A DNA stretch of 62,758 nt, the filler included, from Stramenopiles sp. TOSAG23-2 (Eukaryota): assembly GCA_900128395.1 (NCBI GenBank). It is 15 parts of 15 records of this genome, joined end to end, with 100 filler letters (N's around TTAATTAATTAA, not from the genome) between each part and the next. Parts side by side here need not be neighbours in the genome. Positions count along the whole stretch, not along the records: positions 32,495 to 37,028 come from LT650871.1; positions 37,129 to 41,662 come from LT650872.1; positions 41,763 to 46,290 come from LT650873.1; 12 more parts are not named here. One strand, written 5' to 3'. Positions 33,250 to 45,286 of the stretch are shown one piece after another. The position numbers and the translations under genes are program-made. A model generated the notes under the pieces. That model ran no database searches. It saw nothing but the letters and a program-made list of their open reading frames with translations, and had not been told where the DNA came from. Each line of letters opens with the position of its first letter. The first letter of the stretch is position 1.

Positions 33250-35514
33250 ATGGAAGAACAGATAACGCATTCCTCTACCATCTTGACGAGTGATGATGCG
33301 AATGCGAGTCACGGTGATAGAAAATTGAGAACTAGCTGCATTCGGTCCATTGATGATTGGATTGCATATGACGTTTTTACACCAACGGTGTCAGTGCCAA
33401 AAACAAAAATAGGGCTGTTCAGCACAATTATTTTACCCATACTTTCTATCGCATCCATATACTATTATTGGTACCTGAATAAGGATCTCCTGATTTCGAC
33501 GCAAATAAGGCAAGTAAACGACTGTTCTGTAATTCACTTTCAATGTATACACGCGACAGGGTGTGAGATTAAAGGCTTTGGGAAGAAAACATCGGAGCTA
33601 CATGAGCGCCCGATCAATCTGGAATTTAATCAAACTTCCAATATTTCCATTTGTAGTGGGTTGTCTGAAGGTGTTGATATCGCTCCAAGAGTATCCTATC
33701 CCAGGAAAGTTTTGTATCCCAATACAGATGAATTATATCGCCTTGCTTTGTCCTTTCAATCGCAAGATGAAAGTACTTTTATTGCCACTACTTTCGCTGA
33801 GAATGGCAATGGTCGCACTAGGAACGTAGTACATTTTGAGAAATTTCTGCACAAGAACAGAACTGAGCATATCACAACTAGTATAACCTTAACTAGAGAT
33901 GCTTATCCTGGCACAGACTTTTGTAAAGATGAAAAGTCTCCGTACCCATCGAGTTCATGGAATTGGAACGATTACGATCAATTTTTTGCTCCCATATCGT
34001 ATGTAGTAAAGGAACCTTATATTTATTTATTTATGGGAGAAGGAAGCATTTTTAAAATTAACATTGTGAAAATGATAGTTGTTGGTAAAAAAACAAGGTG
34101 CAGTTTTTGGCCGACGAAAATAATAAATGGGTGGACAGGAAGCGTACTGCAAAATAATTGGATTATTGTAACAGGTTTTACCAATTACGTTACAAAATTT
34201 AAATTCGAAAATAGTGACTCTTTTGATCAAGAAGCAATGGCAATGTCTACATTTAAACAACAGAACTTATTTCCCGAAAATGCAAGTTTAAACCCCAATC
34301 AAGATGGCCAATTTGGTATGTTTACTGGGGCAGTATACGATAATTTTGTCCTTTTTGGAGACTTTAATAGTGGTAGAATTCATGCTATTTCTACTAATCT
34401 ATCCACATCAAAAGGTATGCAAAGTCCAAAAAAAACTGCAATGACATTAATTGGTAGTTGGGATATTTCGTCAAAATATGACCTACAGCGACCATTTATA
34501 AATTATGGATACAACAATTGGGGCACTGCACAGGGAGTATACATGTCTATAAATCCCGACGGACAGAGAACGCCTAACTTCCGTAAAAACCCACAGATCC
34601 TGAGATTACATTTTGGCTCCGCAGGAAAAATTGTAGCCATGACATGTATGACTAAGACTGATCCCACAAACTGTAATAAGTTTATCATTGGTCAGAACTC
34701 AAATCCAGTTAGAATCATTGCGGTTATTCGAGGATACCAACGGCATTCTATATCAATTCCAGATAGCGATGAAATATATTATGGGTATAGAGATATTCAA
34801 GGATATTTCAGATTTGGCTTTTCTCAAGTCTCGAAGCGTGGGGCGTTATTTTATATGAAATTTTCTTACAGCGAAGACAAAGGTTTCAATTTTACAACCC
34901 AGGGTGAATCAATTGGCAACATAAAAATCACAGACTTTCCAAAGTTTCTAACTTCAAATTATAATCAATTATTCCCTCCAGAGGGGGATGTATACGATTT
35001 ACAGTTTCCTTTGAAAGGGGATACAAGAAATTACTTTACATTGTCTAGAGATACTATGAATTTCACAAATTTTTGGGGGTTTGAGCATGTTTATAAGCCC
35101 ATATACACGTATCACAATAAACATGTCTTGCCGTTTGAAGCTCTTCCATGCCAGGTCAATCGATTGACCATTCTTTGCAGGCGATTGAATCTTGCAACAA
35201 CAGTTAATGTAAAAAAGACACAATTCCAGTATACATACTTGTCTTTTTTCACACTAATGGTTTCTACTTTTTCTCACATATTTTCTGGTTTATACTTATT
35301 GAAGAAAGTGTCCATGTTTAAAAAATGTAAAATATTTACTGACAAGATTACATACATCTGTACTAAAGATAAAGAGAAGAGTCACAAATGTGGAAAATCA
35401 TGTGTCAATATGATTACGAACAGTTATATATGCAATAAGAATTTGTTTTGGTATTGTAAGCGTGAAAAAAAAAGGCGCTCATCAGAAATGCTCCTGCAGC
35501 CTCTTTCAACGTAA
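33250..35514 (+). CDS. Hypothetical membrane protein with two terminal TM helices and a large beta-rich ectodomain
   Basis: Intronless ORF of about 755 aa; TM near the N-terminus (KTKIGLFSTIILPILSIASIYYYWY) and C-terminus (YLSFFTLMVSTFSHIFSGLYLL), Cys-rich cytoplasmic tail. First ATG at 33250. Confidence 0.75.
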   Translation: MEEQITHSSTILTSDDANASHGDRKLRTSCIRSIDDWIAYDVFTPTVSVPKTKIGLFSTIILPILSIASIYYYWYLNKDLLISTQIRQVNDCSVIHFQCIHATGCEIKGFGKKTSELHERPINLEFNQTSNISICSGLSEGVDIAPRVSYPRKVLYPNTDELYRLALSFQSQDESTFIATTFAENGNGRTRNVVHFEKFLHKNRTEHITTSITLTRDAYPGTDFCKDEKSPYPSSSWNWNDYDQFFAPISYVVKEPYIYLFMGEGSIFKINIVKMIVVGKKTRCSFWPTKIINGWTGSVLQNNWIIVTGFTNYVTKFKFENSDSFDQEAMAMSTFKQQNLFPENASLNPNQDGQFGMFTGAVYDNFVLFGDFNSGRIHAISTNLSTSKGMQSPKKTAMTLIGSWDISSKYDLQRPFINYGYNNWGTAQGVYMSINPDGQRTPNFRKNPQILRLHFGSAGKIVAMTCMTKTDPTNCNKFIIGQNSNPVRIIAVIRGYQRHSISIPDSDEIYYGYRDIQGYFRFGFSQVSKRGALFYMKFSYSEDKGFNFTTQGESIGNIKITDFPKFLTSNYNQLFPPEGDVYDLQFPLKGDTRNYFTLSRDTMNFTNFWGFEHVYKPIYTYHNKHVLPFEALPCQVNRLTILCRRLNLATTVNVKKTQFQYTYLSFFTLMVSTFSHIFSGLYLLKKVSMFKKCKIFTDKITYICTKDKEKSHKCGKSCVNMITNSYICNKNLFWYCKREKKRRSSEMLLQPLST

Positions 35515-36216
35515 TACCAAGGCACTTCATTATGACATATCATATCAAAATCACTACGAAGCGTATTAAACTTCGTATATATAAGATGTTTAAAATCTAA
35601 GTTATAATAATGTTAAATCTCTCGTAAATACTAATGCTCAATACTTGATCCAAGAAATGGAGTTAATCCTACGTCGTACTATAATAAAGCTCTAATGCAC
35701 ATCTGCACTCTAATACTCTACAAGCACAAGTAGGCTTCCAACAGGCCAAAAATTGCTGCAAATGGATTTATTAATTAAAAAAAAAGATTGAAGCATCATG
35801 ATTATGATGATCCGATTCTTCAGAAATAAATTTCAGTTAGTAAAGTAAATTATACTTTACATCAAATGGAATTAATGCATCAATCACATTCTGAAATATA
35901 AAAATATTTTCATTGAACTTAATGGATAATTATAATTATTTTTTTAATCAATAATGGCGTTGCAATGAATTATTTTTATAATTCATACAATCTATTTACT
36001 ATAGCATAGGAATAACATTACATGAATATTTATGTGGATTTTTGCAAAATAACGGCTGGCCAAAATCAGCCCAAATTCAGCAAAATTAAAATCATCCAAA
36101 CGAAAGTACTCCATTGTATATTTACGAGCAGAATAATAATATTACTGATGATAGTGGCCAAATTCCATTGGAACAAGATTTTTTTACTATTCTTATATTG
36201 CCAATACCATAAAACA

Positions 36217-36480
36217 ATGATTTTGACAACAATGAAGCAAACCAACAACAGAAAAGAAGATATTGAAAAAAAGAAAATTACATTAATTTTTGAAGCAGTG
36301 AAGATGCTTGGCAAATTCCAAGAAAATGCTGTGCATGTTGTTGGTGAATTCACCAAGATTGATGAAGGTGGCATTGTGGAAGGGGATGCATTTGAATCCT
36401 TTACAACATTATGGCCTGAAAACGATTACAATAAATTGGAAGACAAGACCGTTGTGTTTTTCAAGAATTCACAACATTGA
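36217..36480 (+). pseudogene. Possible OB-fold-like gene remnant
   Basis: Short ORF NAVHVVGEFTKIDEGGIVEGD...TLWPE...TVVFFKNS loosely resembles RPA-type OB-fold strands; no full gene context. Confidence 0.2.
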
Positions 36481-37128
36481 AAAGATGAACACATTTTTGA
36501 CAGGTATTTAATAACAGTACTATACATATTTTCATGTTCCTATCAGGGTTTGTTGATAGCATGGTCATGGCATAGACTATACCACGTGTGCTACCACTGG
36601 TGGTAGGCCTAGTAGGCCTGGTATAGGCACTCTAATTTTAAGCAGCTGCTATTTTCTTGTGCTTTTTATCAGCACATCAGCCCGCTAAATTATCAATTTT
36701 TTTATAATACCTGGTACATTATTAATACTGGATTGCACGATTATTATTCCCACTGTTTAAGAAAAAAATAGTACACAGGATTATTAGTAGAGGAGTACCA
36801 GGTATATAGTAATTGCTGGATTTATTGAAGAATAATAAGAAAAACAAAAAAACATCAAAAATATATTTAATGGATATAAACAGAAAACAACATATATATA
36901 TTATATATATATGGTAATAATATACATAATTATATATACAGATACTCCATTACACGCACATACGTATATTTACACCAATAAAAGTATGGCTACGAACAAT
37001 GGCTCTTCTACTCTTGCACGTGCTGTTANNNNNNNNNNNNNNNNNNNNNNNNNNNNNNNNNNNNNNNNNNNNTTAATTAATTAANNNNNNNNNNNNNNNN
37101 NNNNNNNNNNNNNNNNNNNNNNNNNNNN

Positions 37129-38372
37129 GTATTGTTTGTTTTTAATCCTTCACCAATACTTTGTACATCAGTAATATTATTATGATTTAGGCCCAATTCC
37201 TTTAATGTATTGTTTGTTTTTAATACATCAATAATACTTTGTATTCCACTATCATCAGTAATATTATTATTATCTAGGCGCAATGATGTTAATGTATTGT
37301 TTGTTTTTAATCCATCACCGATACTTTGTACATCAGTAATATTATTATTATATAGGTACAATCTCGTTAATGTATTGTTTGTTTTTAACAATTCACCTAA
37401 AACCATTGCCAACCCATTTCCATCATTTTGCTTTCTCACTTCAATCTTCTCTAACGATGTATTCGATCGTAATGCCACTCCCAATGATCGAATTTGTCCA
37501 TCTAATAAATCATAATCAATTTCTAACTCTTCCCCAATCGTATTTGATACAATTGCACGTAAAGGTAATCCTACACCCATTTGTATCAATGAATTAAAAT
37601 ATCCACAACAATTTAAACCTTCTTTTCTCATTTCATATATAGTTGTTATTATATGAAATAATAAAGATGCACCACTAATAGCTAATGAAAACAATAATGC
37701 CGATTGTCCTTCTCTTTCAATACCAGCACATGTAACATCAAGGCATTGGAAATATATATATACTTGTAAACATGTCTGTGGTAATGATTCAAGAAAACTT
37801 TCACTTAATGTACGTGTAGCTTCATACGATACCATAAAAGTAACAAAATCGTCAGGTAAATACTTTTGTAATAAACGATAAAATGGCATACATACATCTA
37901 AAAGTAATGGTGCAATTATGATAAATGGCGACGTACCTAATAACCATTTAGTCGGCCATTCTTTCTCTTTTCTTAAATACACTACAATACCAACAATAGC
38001 GATGAAATGATTTAAACATAAAAAGAGAAGTGTGAGATAGAACCAATCCATATGATTATTTTTCCAAAATATAAATAATAAATTGACATCACTAATTATA
38101 TCAAAAAAATACAATCCTAAATTAATTATAGCAAGAATCGTGTTTATGAAACGAAAACAACATGGATTGTTTTGTTTTATCTCTTCTGCTTTTTTTTTCA
38201 AATAACTTTTTTGACGTTTCATTTTATTTTTAATACTTTTTGGTGCAACTTTTTCCATTCCCACAATGGCCCCACCAACAACTGCACCACCAACAGTAAC
38301 AGTGGTTAACAATGCATCCCCTGTATTTAAACCAGATTCAATATCAACAGGTGTGATCGATGACGATGGCAT
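37129..38372 (-). CDS. XK-related (Xkr scramblase family) membrane domain fused to RNI/NLRC3-type LRRs, 3'-partial
   Basis: FDIISDVNLL..W...WFYLTL and TLSESFLESLPQTCLQVYI (XK signature E..LES.PQ..LQ.Y), followed by LKTNNTLTxLxLxNNNITD repeats running off the contig. Confidence 0.82.
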
Positions 38373-38908
38373 TATATAATATAATATATAAATATATCTT
38401 TATTTCGTGTTATAACTATGAATAACTATAAATGATTCAAATGATGATTTGTTTGTTTATTATCTTCTTTCTTTTAATCTCTTGTCGTCACCATCTCTCT
38501 CTGCATCGATCCACTTACAATCTACATGTTTTTCTATGACTAAATGTGTGTGTGTTTGTTGTGTAACGAACTTTGTGATCTTCCTCTTCACTTCATTTAT
38601 GTATTCTAAGAACCTCTTTAAGTACAAAATAGAAAAGTTAAAGGATCTCAATAAGAAGGGTGTAAATTACATAGTGATACGTTATATTTTATGGTATAAA
38701 ACTACCTGCCAGGCTAAATTTTTGATAGGGTAAAAGAATTTACAAAAACTATTATAAGATTGAAGGAGTTTTACAAAAAAGCAGCAGCAGTGTTTTATTT
38801 TAAGGGATATTACAAAAACAACAACAAATGTAATATATATTTAAAAAATTCTTTAAACCTCTTTTTGATTTTAGATTTTTACCAATCATCATATATATGC
38901 ATCATATT

Positions 38909-41540
38909 TTACAACTCCAATCGTTTTCTTCCTCCCCCAATAACACCACCATTATCTAACAATTGATTACCACTATAAATATAATTTTTCACTACTTCAA
39001 TATTATGATCGGTTACTTCATAATCTAAATCAGCATATGTAAATAATTCTTTCACTTCATAATAATGTATATGGGAAATTAATGCTAAATATTTAAAATA
39101 TAATAATTTTGCATGTCGTACTGGAAATTCCATTAATATACTACCTTTTTTCATAAACATAATATTTGTCAAGCCAGCACCATGTGGTCCAATAACAATC
39201 GATGCTTTATTAAATATATTTATTTGTTCTAATAATGATAATTCAGTACCATTAAATAATTTAAATTCACCATTAATTGGTTCACGTCCATGTACATCTT
39301 TTATGTTTGATTCTTCAATAAATGTTTTCATATGTCCAATTAAACGTCTTTCTCCAATAACTCGTCGTGCTTTTAATGGTAATTTACGACCAACATATAA
39401 ATGCAAACGTTTTTTTGTTTCTGCACTTTCTGGACGATTATTACTATCCAGTAGTTGCATAGTTTCATCTTTCCATTTTGATGATATAACATCATTAAAT
39501 AATATAAAATTACGTAATTGTTTTTCTACTAATCCAATTGGTGGTAAAAATAAATGTGTTGGAGATACATATTGATCATCTAATGTATCATCACTACTAG
39601 TAAACCAATCCCATTGGTGGTAAAAATAAATGTGTTGGAGATACATATTGATCATCTAATGTATCATCACTACTAGTAAACCAATCAGCTATGTACAAAT
39701 CTTTAATAAAATAACGTACACTTGGATCCATACCATCATAGGAAATTATATCATGTTTTAAATCAACATCAAGTAAATCTAATGCATTATAGACAAATGG
39801 TTTTGTTGTTTGTACTATATATTTAATTTGTGTTCTATCGTGAGTATCATCATCATCATCATCATTTTGATTTTTGAAATAGTTTTGAAATAATACTAAA
39901 CGTGATAATGTTTCTACCATAAAATGAAAATAATTATTTGAATTAAAACTTATTAAATTTGCATATTCAATTTTTTGATTTGTGATTGTATTAAATGATT
40001 CTAATTCTATTGTATGATCTTGTCTATTATTATTATTTGTTGTTGATGTTGTTGTGGAATCCATATTATTATTGTTGTGTGGTGTATTAAAACTATGTAA
40101 TCCTAATAAACCTGTATTTCGTATTCCAGCCATATAACGATGTCCACCTAAATATACTTTACATTGATTAGTAGTATATAAAATACCATCACGTCCTTGC
40201 ATGTAAACATCATTTATTTTTCCCACACCGTGCCATTTCGTTTTATTAAATGCAATTTCATCTGATATATATGTTTCATCTGTTTCTGGTTCAATATGTA
40301 ATATTTTTAGTTTATTCCCTTGTTTTGTATTACTAAACATAATATCACGTTTATTTGTTTGTAACGTATCAATAATATCGATATCACGCCATGCATGTGC
40401 AATAATCGACCATTTTTTTTCTTTATTAGTTTCTTTATCAACACATTTACGTGTTGAACGTTTTAATCGATGTTCTAATTCATTGCGATAAAATTTAGAT
40501 GCTTCATTCATATTTCCTTGCATTAAATGGTAACGACCTATATTATGATAAACAACTGGATTTGTTGGTGATAATAAAACAGCTTTTTGATATGATTTCA
40601 ATGCTTTATCAAATTCTTCTAATTGTTCCATAATCAATCCATAATTTGTCCATGCATTTGTTAAATGTGGTGCATGTGTAATTGCATCACCTAAATGTTT
40701 CTTTGCATTTCGTAATAATTCTTTTTTTTCACGTGGTCGATCAACAAATTTTGATTTATGTAATAAAATAGCACCTAAAGATGATTTTGCACTTTGTAAA
40801 TGTGGATTAATTTCTAATGCTTTTAAACAATAATCATGTGCTTTATCTATATTATTTAATTGACGTTCTAAATCACATAAATTACCCAAGACGCTTGGAT
40901 CTTTTTTCCTTTTGGTTGTTGTTGTTGTTGTACTACTACGTTGTTGTTGTTTTTCTGCCTCTTGTTCTTCATGATGTAATATTTTTAAATAAGTTTCTCG
41001 TGCAGATGTTAAATATTTCATTTCATGATACATTTGTCCAGTCATACGTAATATATTACCATGATATGGATCTACTTTTAATCCTTGCGTCCAATATTTC
41101 ATTGCATTATCTTTGTTACCATAATCACGTTCTGCTAATCCTAAATTTGCATATATATTTGACGTTGTTTCTGTATTATTACCAATATATTTTAATATAA
41201 AGTGATATAACTCTAATGCTACATGTATTTTACCACTTTGATGTTGTTGAATAGCAAAGGGAAAGATTTCATTTGCTATTTTAGAATGAAAAGATTTAGA
41301 TTGTTTTGTAAATAATTGTCCTAATTCTTTTCTACCATCCTCTACTCGTCCTTGTTCAAAATGCAATCCACATAGTGATATACGATGTTGTATACGATAG
41401 GATAATGCATTTTTATTTTTAGTATTATTATTTTTTCTTCCTTTTCTTTTTAATTTGTTTTTTTTTCTAGCATTTATATTATTATTTGTTGTAATTAATA
41501 TAAATAAAAAGAATAGTAGTATGTAGTGAAGGGTTTTCAT
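38909..41540 (-). CDS. Secreted/lumenal TPR-repeat + glycosyltransferase family 61 (DUF563) protein, broken by a 76-bp tandem duplication
   Basis: Signal peptide, multiple TPRs (YANLGLAE, AWTNYGLIMEQLEEFDKALKSYQKAV), NNYFHFMVETLSRL, and in the second ORF SLLEQINIFNKASIVIGPHGAGLTNIMFMKKGSILMEF. Confidence 0.85.
39537..39686. repeat. Exact tandem duplication (74-bp copies, period 76) causing a frameshift
   Basis: 39537-39610 matches 39613-39686; DWFTSSDDTLDDQYVSPTHLFLPP appears in both ORFs. Confidence 0.92.
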
Positions 41541-42053
41541 ATTGGTTTTGAAGATGTCGTTGTGTGTCTGTGTTTTGTTTATTTGTTTTTTATAATTGTT
41601 ATGTTTTGAATATTTTTATTTACTTGTTTTGTATTTATGATGTGGTTTTTAATTCATAATATNNNNNNNNNNNNNNNNNNNNNNNNNNNNNNNNNNNNNN
41701 NNNNNNTTAATTAATTAANNNNNNNNNNNNNNNNNNNNNNNNNNNNNNNNNNNNNNNNNNNNGAGTTAGGCGGGATTAGTCCTTAAATGACCAAGGTTAG
41801 TACTCCGGTTTTTATTTATATCATAGAGTAATGCTGGATCCTAATCTGGTAATCTGGTAATCCTATAAAAAATCCAGGCCGTTGATATTATTTTATAGGG
41901 GGAAAAAAGCATAATTAATAATACCCGTATTACTATACTTTTTATACCCACAAGTCGCCTATATACGAAGCCACCGACACATCCGACAAAATTTAGAAAG
42001 TATATAGAAAAAATGTGCAGAGGTCCCAGGTTGCCAAATCAAATTACTATTTA

Positions 42054-42122
42054 TACAGTGTAGTATATACACACTCCCTAGTTTTCCACTAGGTAAAACT
42101 AGGGAGTGTGTACTACACTGTA
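42054..42122. repeat. Long inverted repeat/hairpin (28-bp stem, 4-nt bulge, 9-nt loop)
   Basis: TACAGTGTAGTA(TATA)CACACTCCCTAGTTTT-ccactaggt-AAAACTAGGGAGTGTGTACTACACTGTA. Confidence 0.85.
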
Positions 42123-42142
42123 CTGTATTAATGCCATAATCC

Positions 42143-42230
42143 GGCATTCCAGGCATTCTGGCATTCCAGCATTCTGGCATTCCTGGCATTCCAGGCATTC
42201 TGGCATTCCAGGCATTCTGGCATTCCAGCA
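42143..42230. repeat. GGCATTC(C)(A/T) 8-9-bp minisatellite, about 10 units
   Basis: Seen directly; it generates the spurious ORFs with MPGMPEC/HSRHSG repeats. Confidence 0.9.
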
Positions 42231-42421
42231 GCGATTGCCAGATTTGGATGTTGTTTGTTCTATAATAATAATAATGATAGCTACCACAAAAAATATACGT
42301 AGCTAAAAATACGAATGTTATAGGTGAATGCTCGGCACACAGGTTTTTAAACAGGATACTCTCAGAAAAAAAATTGATACAAGGAAAGCACATACGCGTG
42401 GAAATTTTCAATAAGTAGAAG

Positions 42422-44175
42422 ATGAAGGACTTGAAAAATGTGTCCCCAGACGACGCAAGTGCGAAGGAGGAAGAGTACTTCAAGAATCTGAAGGGTGGAT
42501 TGTTGTCGCGTATAATGGACAACCCGGTGGTTATTTCAATTACTGGATTCACAAAGCTCTTCAGTCTTGTGACGATGCTCCTAGGTTTGTATGCCATTGT
42601 CGATATTACAAATCCCTTCACTCACAACCCCCTCGTTATTCAAGGATATTCAACACCTTTCATTTCCCCAGCGAAAACAACCTTGTTCAATCACTTAGAG
42701 TCTGCATCGAAGAACGAAAAAATGAAAAACACTAAGTATATGTTTGCATACAACAACGGAAAAAGTACTGCTCGGGTGTGCACAGATTTGAAACAAAAAG
42801 AATTCGAAAGTTTGACTGGAATGACTGATGCGATCGCCGATGACGAATCTGTTGTCTCAAGGTATATAGATGTAGTCAATGGGTAAGTCTCTTTTACATA
42901 TATTTTTACATATCTTTTTTTGCTTTTTCACAAACGCTCTAACTTGTCCACATTTTATGTCTACAACCTATATACAATTCTTGAATCCAGTGACGTGCTG
43001 GACATGTACACTGACCGTTGCCGAAGCGATACATATTGGAATGGCACGGCACCTCCGCTGGCACGTTACGCAGGATGTTTGGACTGGGAAGATATATCAG
43101 ATCTTAAAGGGTTCAATTTTTTTACTGCCTTGGAAGGCAATATAAAGCGCCCTGCTATGGGAAGTTGTATGCCTACCGAAACCGATAAAAAAGTGCTTGT
43201 TGCGCCCCGTGACACGTATGATTGGATTTCGAAGAAGAGTTATCCAGCTCACAACAGAGATGACATATCGTGGCAGACGCAAGGTGGCTGGATGTGGCAT
43301 TACATGGTGAGAGGAACGTTGTTCCCTGGCCCGAATACAACTGCAATTCCGACAGAACGTCGCCCCTACCAGGGACATGGGGAGGAAATAGAAAAAGAAG
43401 AAGAATGGGGGGACATAGAACCCTTTTGGGCTCTGTGCGATAAAAACACTCTGGACCAAAAACAGGCACTATTCTGTAAAGTGTGTGGATACACGCTGGG
43501 AAAGTTTAACGACAAAGATAGATGCGAACAAAAGTATGTTTATTCCTACTACGGAGGATCGCTCGGGATTATGATCCTTTTCATTGTCGGCACCATGGTA
43601 AGTAAATTTGGCCCCATTGCATTGTTCGCTGCACGACGACTAACCTATTTCTTTTCGCTTAGACTCGCATTGTGATTTTGGTACTCAATATATCATGGGG
43701 CCTTCTTGAAGAACAGCTGAACTACCGGATCATGTTTTCGCGCTATAGCCCATTGATCGCATATTCCTTGTGCAAACACGGAAGGAAAACTGTTGTATTT
43801 TCACTTCACATGGAACATTTGCAAGGGTGGCCCTGGGTATTGGGACTGCTGGATAAACTCTTGGTTACTAGCTTGCTCCTAGCTTCAGCCTGGGGTGTAG
43901 ATCCCTTTCCAGAGCTGGCAAGAGGGCGCGCGACTATGCTTCTTCTGTGGATATCCGCCATTGGAGAATTGTATGCACTTGTTCATCTCTTACATATCAC
44001 ATTCACCCGGAAAAGCTGGATTGTCATAGGTCACCGCGGCGCCCGTTGTTGCCATTGCGAAGATGTTATCCCATGGTCATGTACAATGACGCAGGAAGCA
44101 TATGACGCTGCCATTAAAGGCAAGGAAGATCCAAATAAAGCACGTGAATACAATGTTGACGTTGAAATGAAATGA
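42422..44175 (+). CDS. Hypothetical multi-pass membrane protein; exons 42422-42882, 42991-43597 and 43663-44175
   Basis: Intron 42883-42990 (GG|GTAAGT...CTAAC...CCAG|T) and intron 43598-43662 (ATG|GTAAGT...GACTAAC...TTAG|ACT) join three ORFs in frame. N-terminal TM, Cys/Trp-rich loop, several C-terminal TMs. Confidence 0.78.
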
Positions 44176-44363
44176 CAATATTACTTACGACGTATTTTTG
44201 AAAAGAGAAGAAATATTTATTATGGTGAATTTAAAATATTGTCTAATATACGCATGTGTTACCATTAAAGAATACATATATACTCGTACGAATTAATTAT
44301 TATAATTTAAATACACATATTTACGTAATGATTTAAATGTCCACCCACACCCTATAAACCATA

Positions 44364-44762
44364 TTAATGTCCGCCCACACCCCATAAACCTTTTTCACTA
44401 GTTTTTGATCCTAAACCATTTTGTTGGCCTGCAAAAGGTTCACGTTCAAATTTAGTTCCAACTACTTGTGGAAAATATAATTGGCATGTTTCATCAGTTG
44501 CGCCTAGTCCAGATTTTAATTTGGATTTTACATAAATACAATCTGCAGCGTTACAACTGAAATGATTAAAAATATCCATATCATTAAAACAATCTACTAC
44601 ACCAGGATTAGAACATTCATCTGATCCTTCACATGCTTCAATATCTTCCTCCATCATATGTACAATTTTTCTACACATTCCAGCTCTGTCGCAATCAGCA
44701 TTTATATTTATAATAACAAATAATTTTATCAGTATTGATAAATTTATAGTATTCAATTTCAT
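44364..44762 (-). CDS. Small secreted Cys-rich protein (8 Cys)
   Basis: Hydrophobic signal peptide MKLNTINLSILIKLFVIININA, then CDRAGMCRKIV...CEGSDEC...CF...CNAADC...TC. Confidence 0.65.
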   Translation of the reverse strand: MKLNTINLSILIKLFVIININADCDRAGMCRKIVHMMEEDIEACEGSDECSNPGVVDCFNDMDIFNHFSCNAADCIYVKSKLKSGLGATDETCQLYFPQVVGTKFEREPFAGQQNGLGSKTSEKGLWGVGGH

Positions 44763-45286
44763 CTATATTTTCGTAATCTATATACAGTATATTCTTCTTA
44801 AGATAATTAATTCGCAATTATAGCTATATATATATTAAACCAATTTTAATTATACAATATTTATCTTCACTTGTTGTCTTGTATACGAAATATATTAATA
44901 CAGATGTAAATATATGTACATATATGCTTTTTGTAATTTCTTATAATTATTAATCATACGTGCATACGAAAGATGTGATCGGAATCCGAGAGGTGTGAGT
45001 TTTTGATTTTTGGTCAAATAGGAATATTAGTTTTAAATATACAAAAATGTATACTTAATATTTATATTTTAGAAAAAGTATGGGAACCCTTTTTTTTTTT
45101 TTGATTTTTTATCGGCACTCCAGCACTACAGTACTATCTCGGCACATCATAAATAATTATTGAAATAATTGAAGAAATAATCACATAAATTAAAAAAATG
45201 AAAACAAAATACGTGCATAATATGGCATATAAATATATATAATTAGAATTCAACAATATTTTATATTTGTATGCCAATTCATCACC

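Noticed and set aside
41959-42621. ORFs with MPGMPEC or HSRHSG repeats
   Set aside because: Produced by the GGCATTC minisatellite and antisense overlap with the real gene at 42422.
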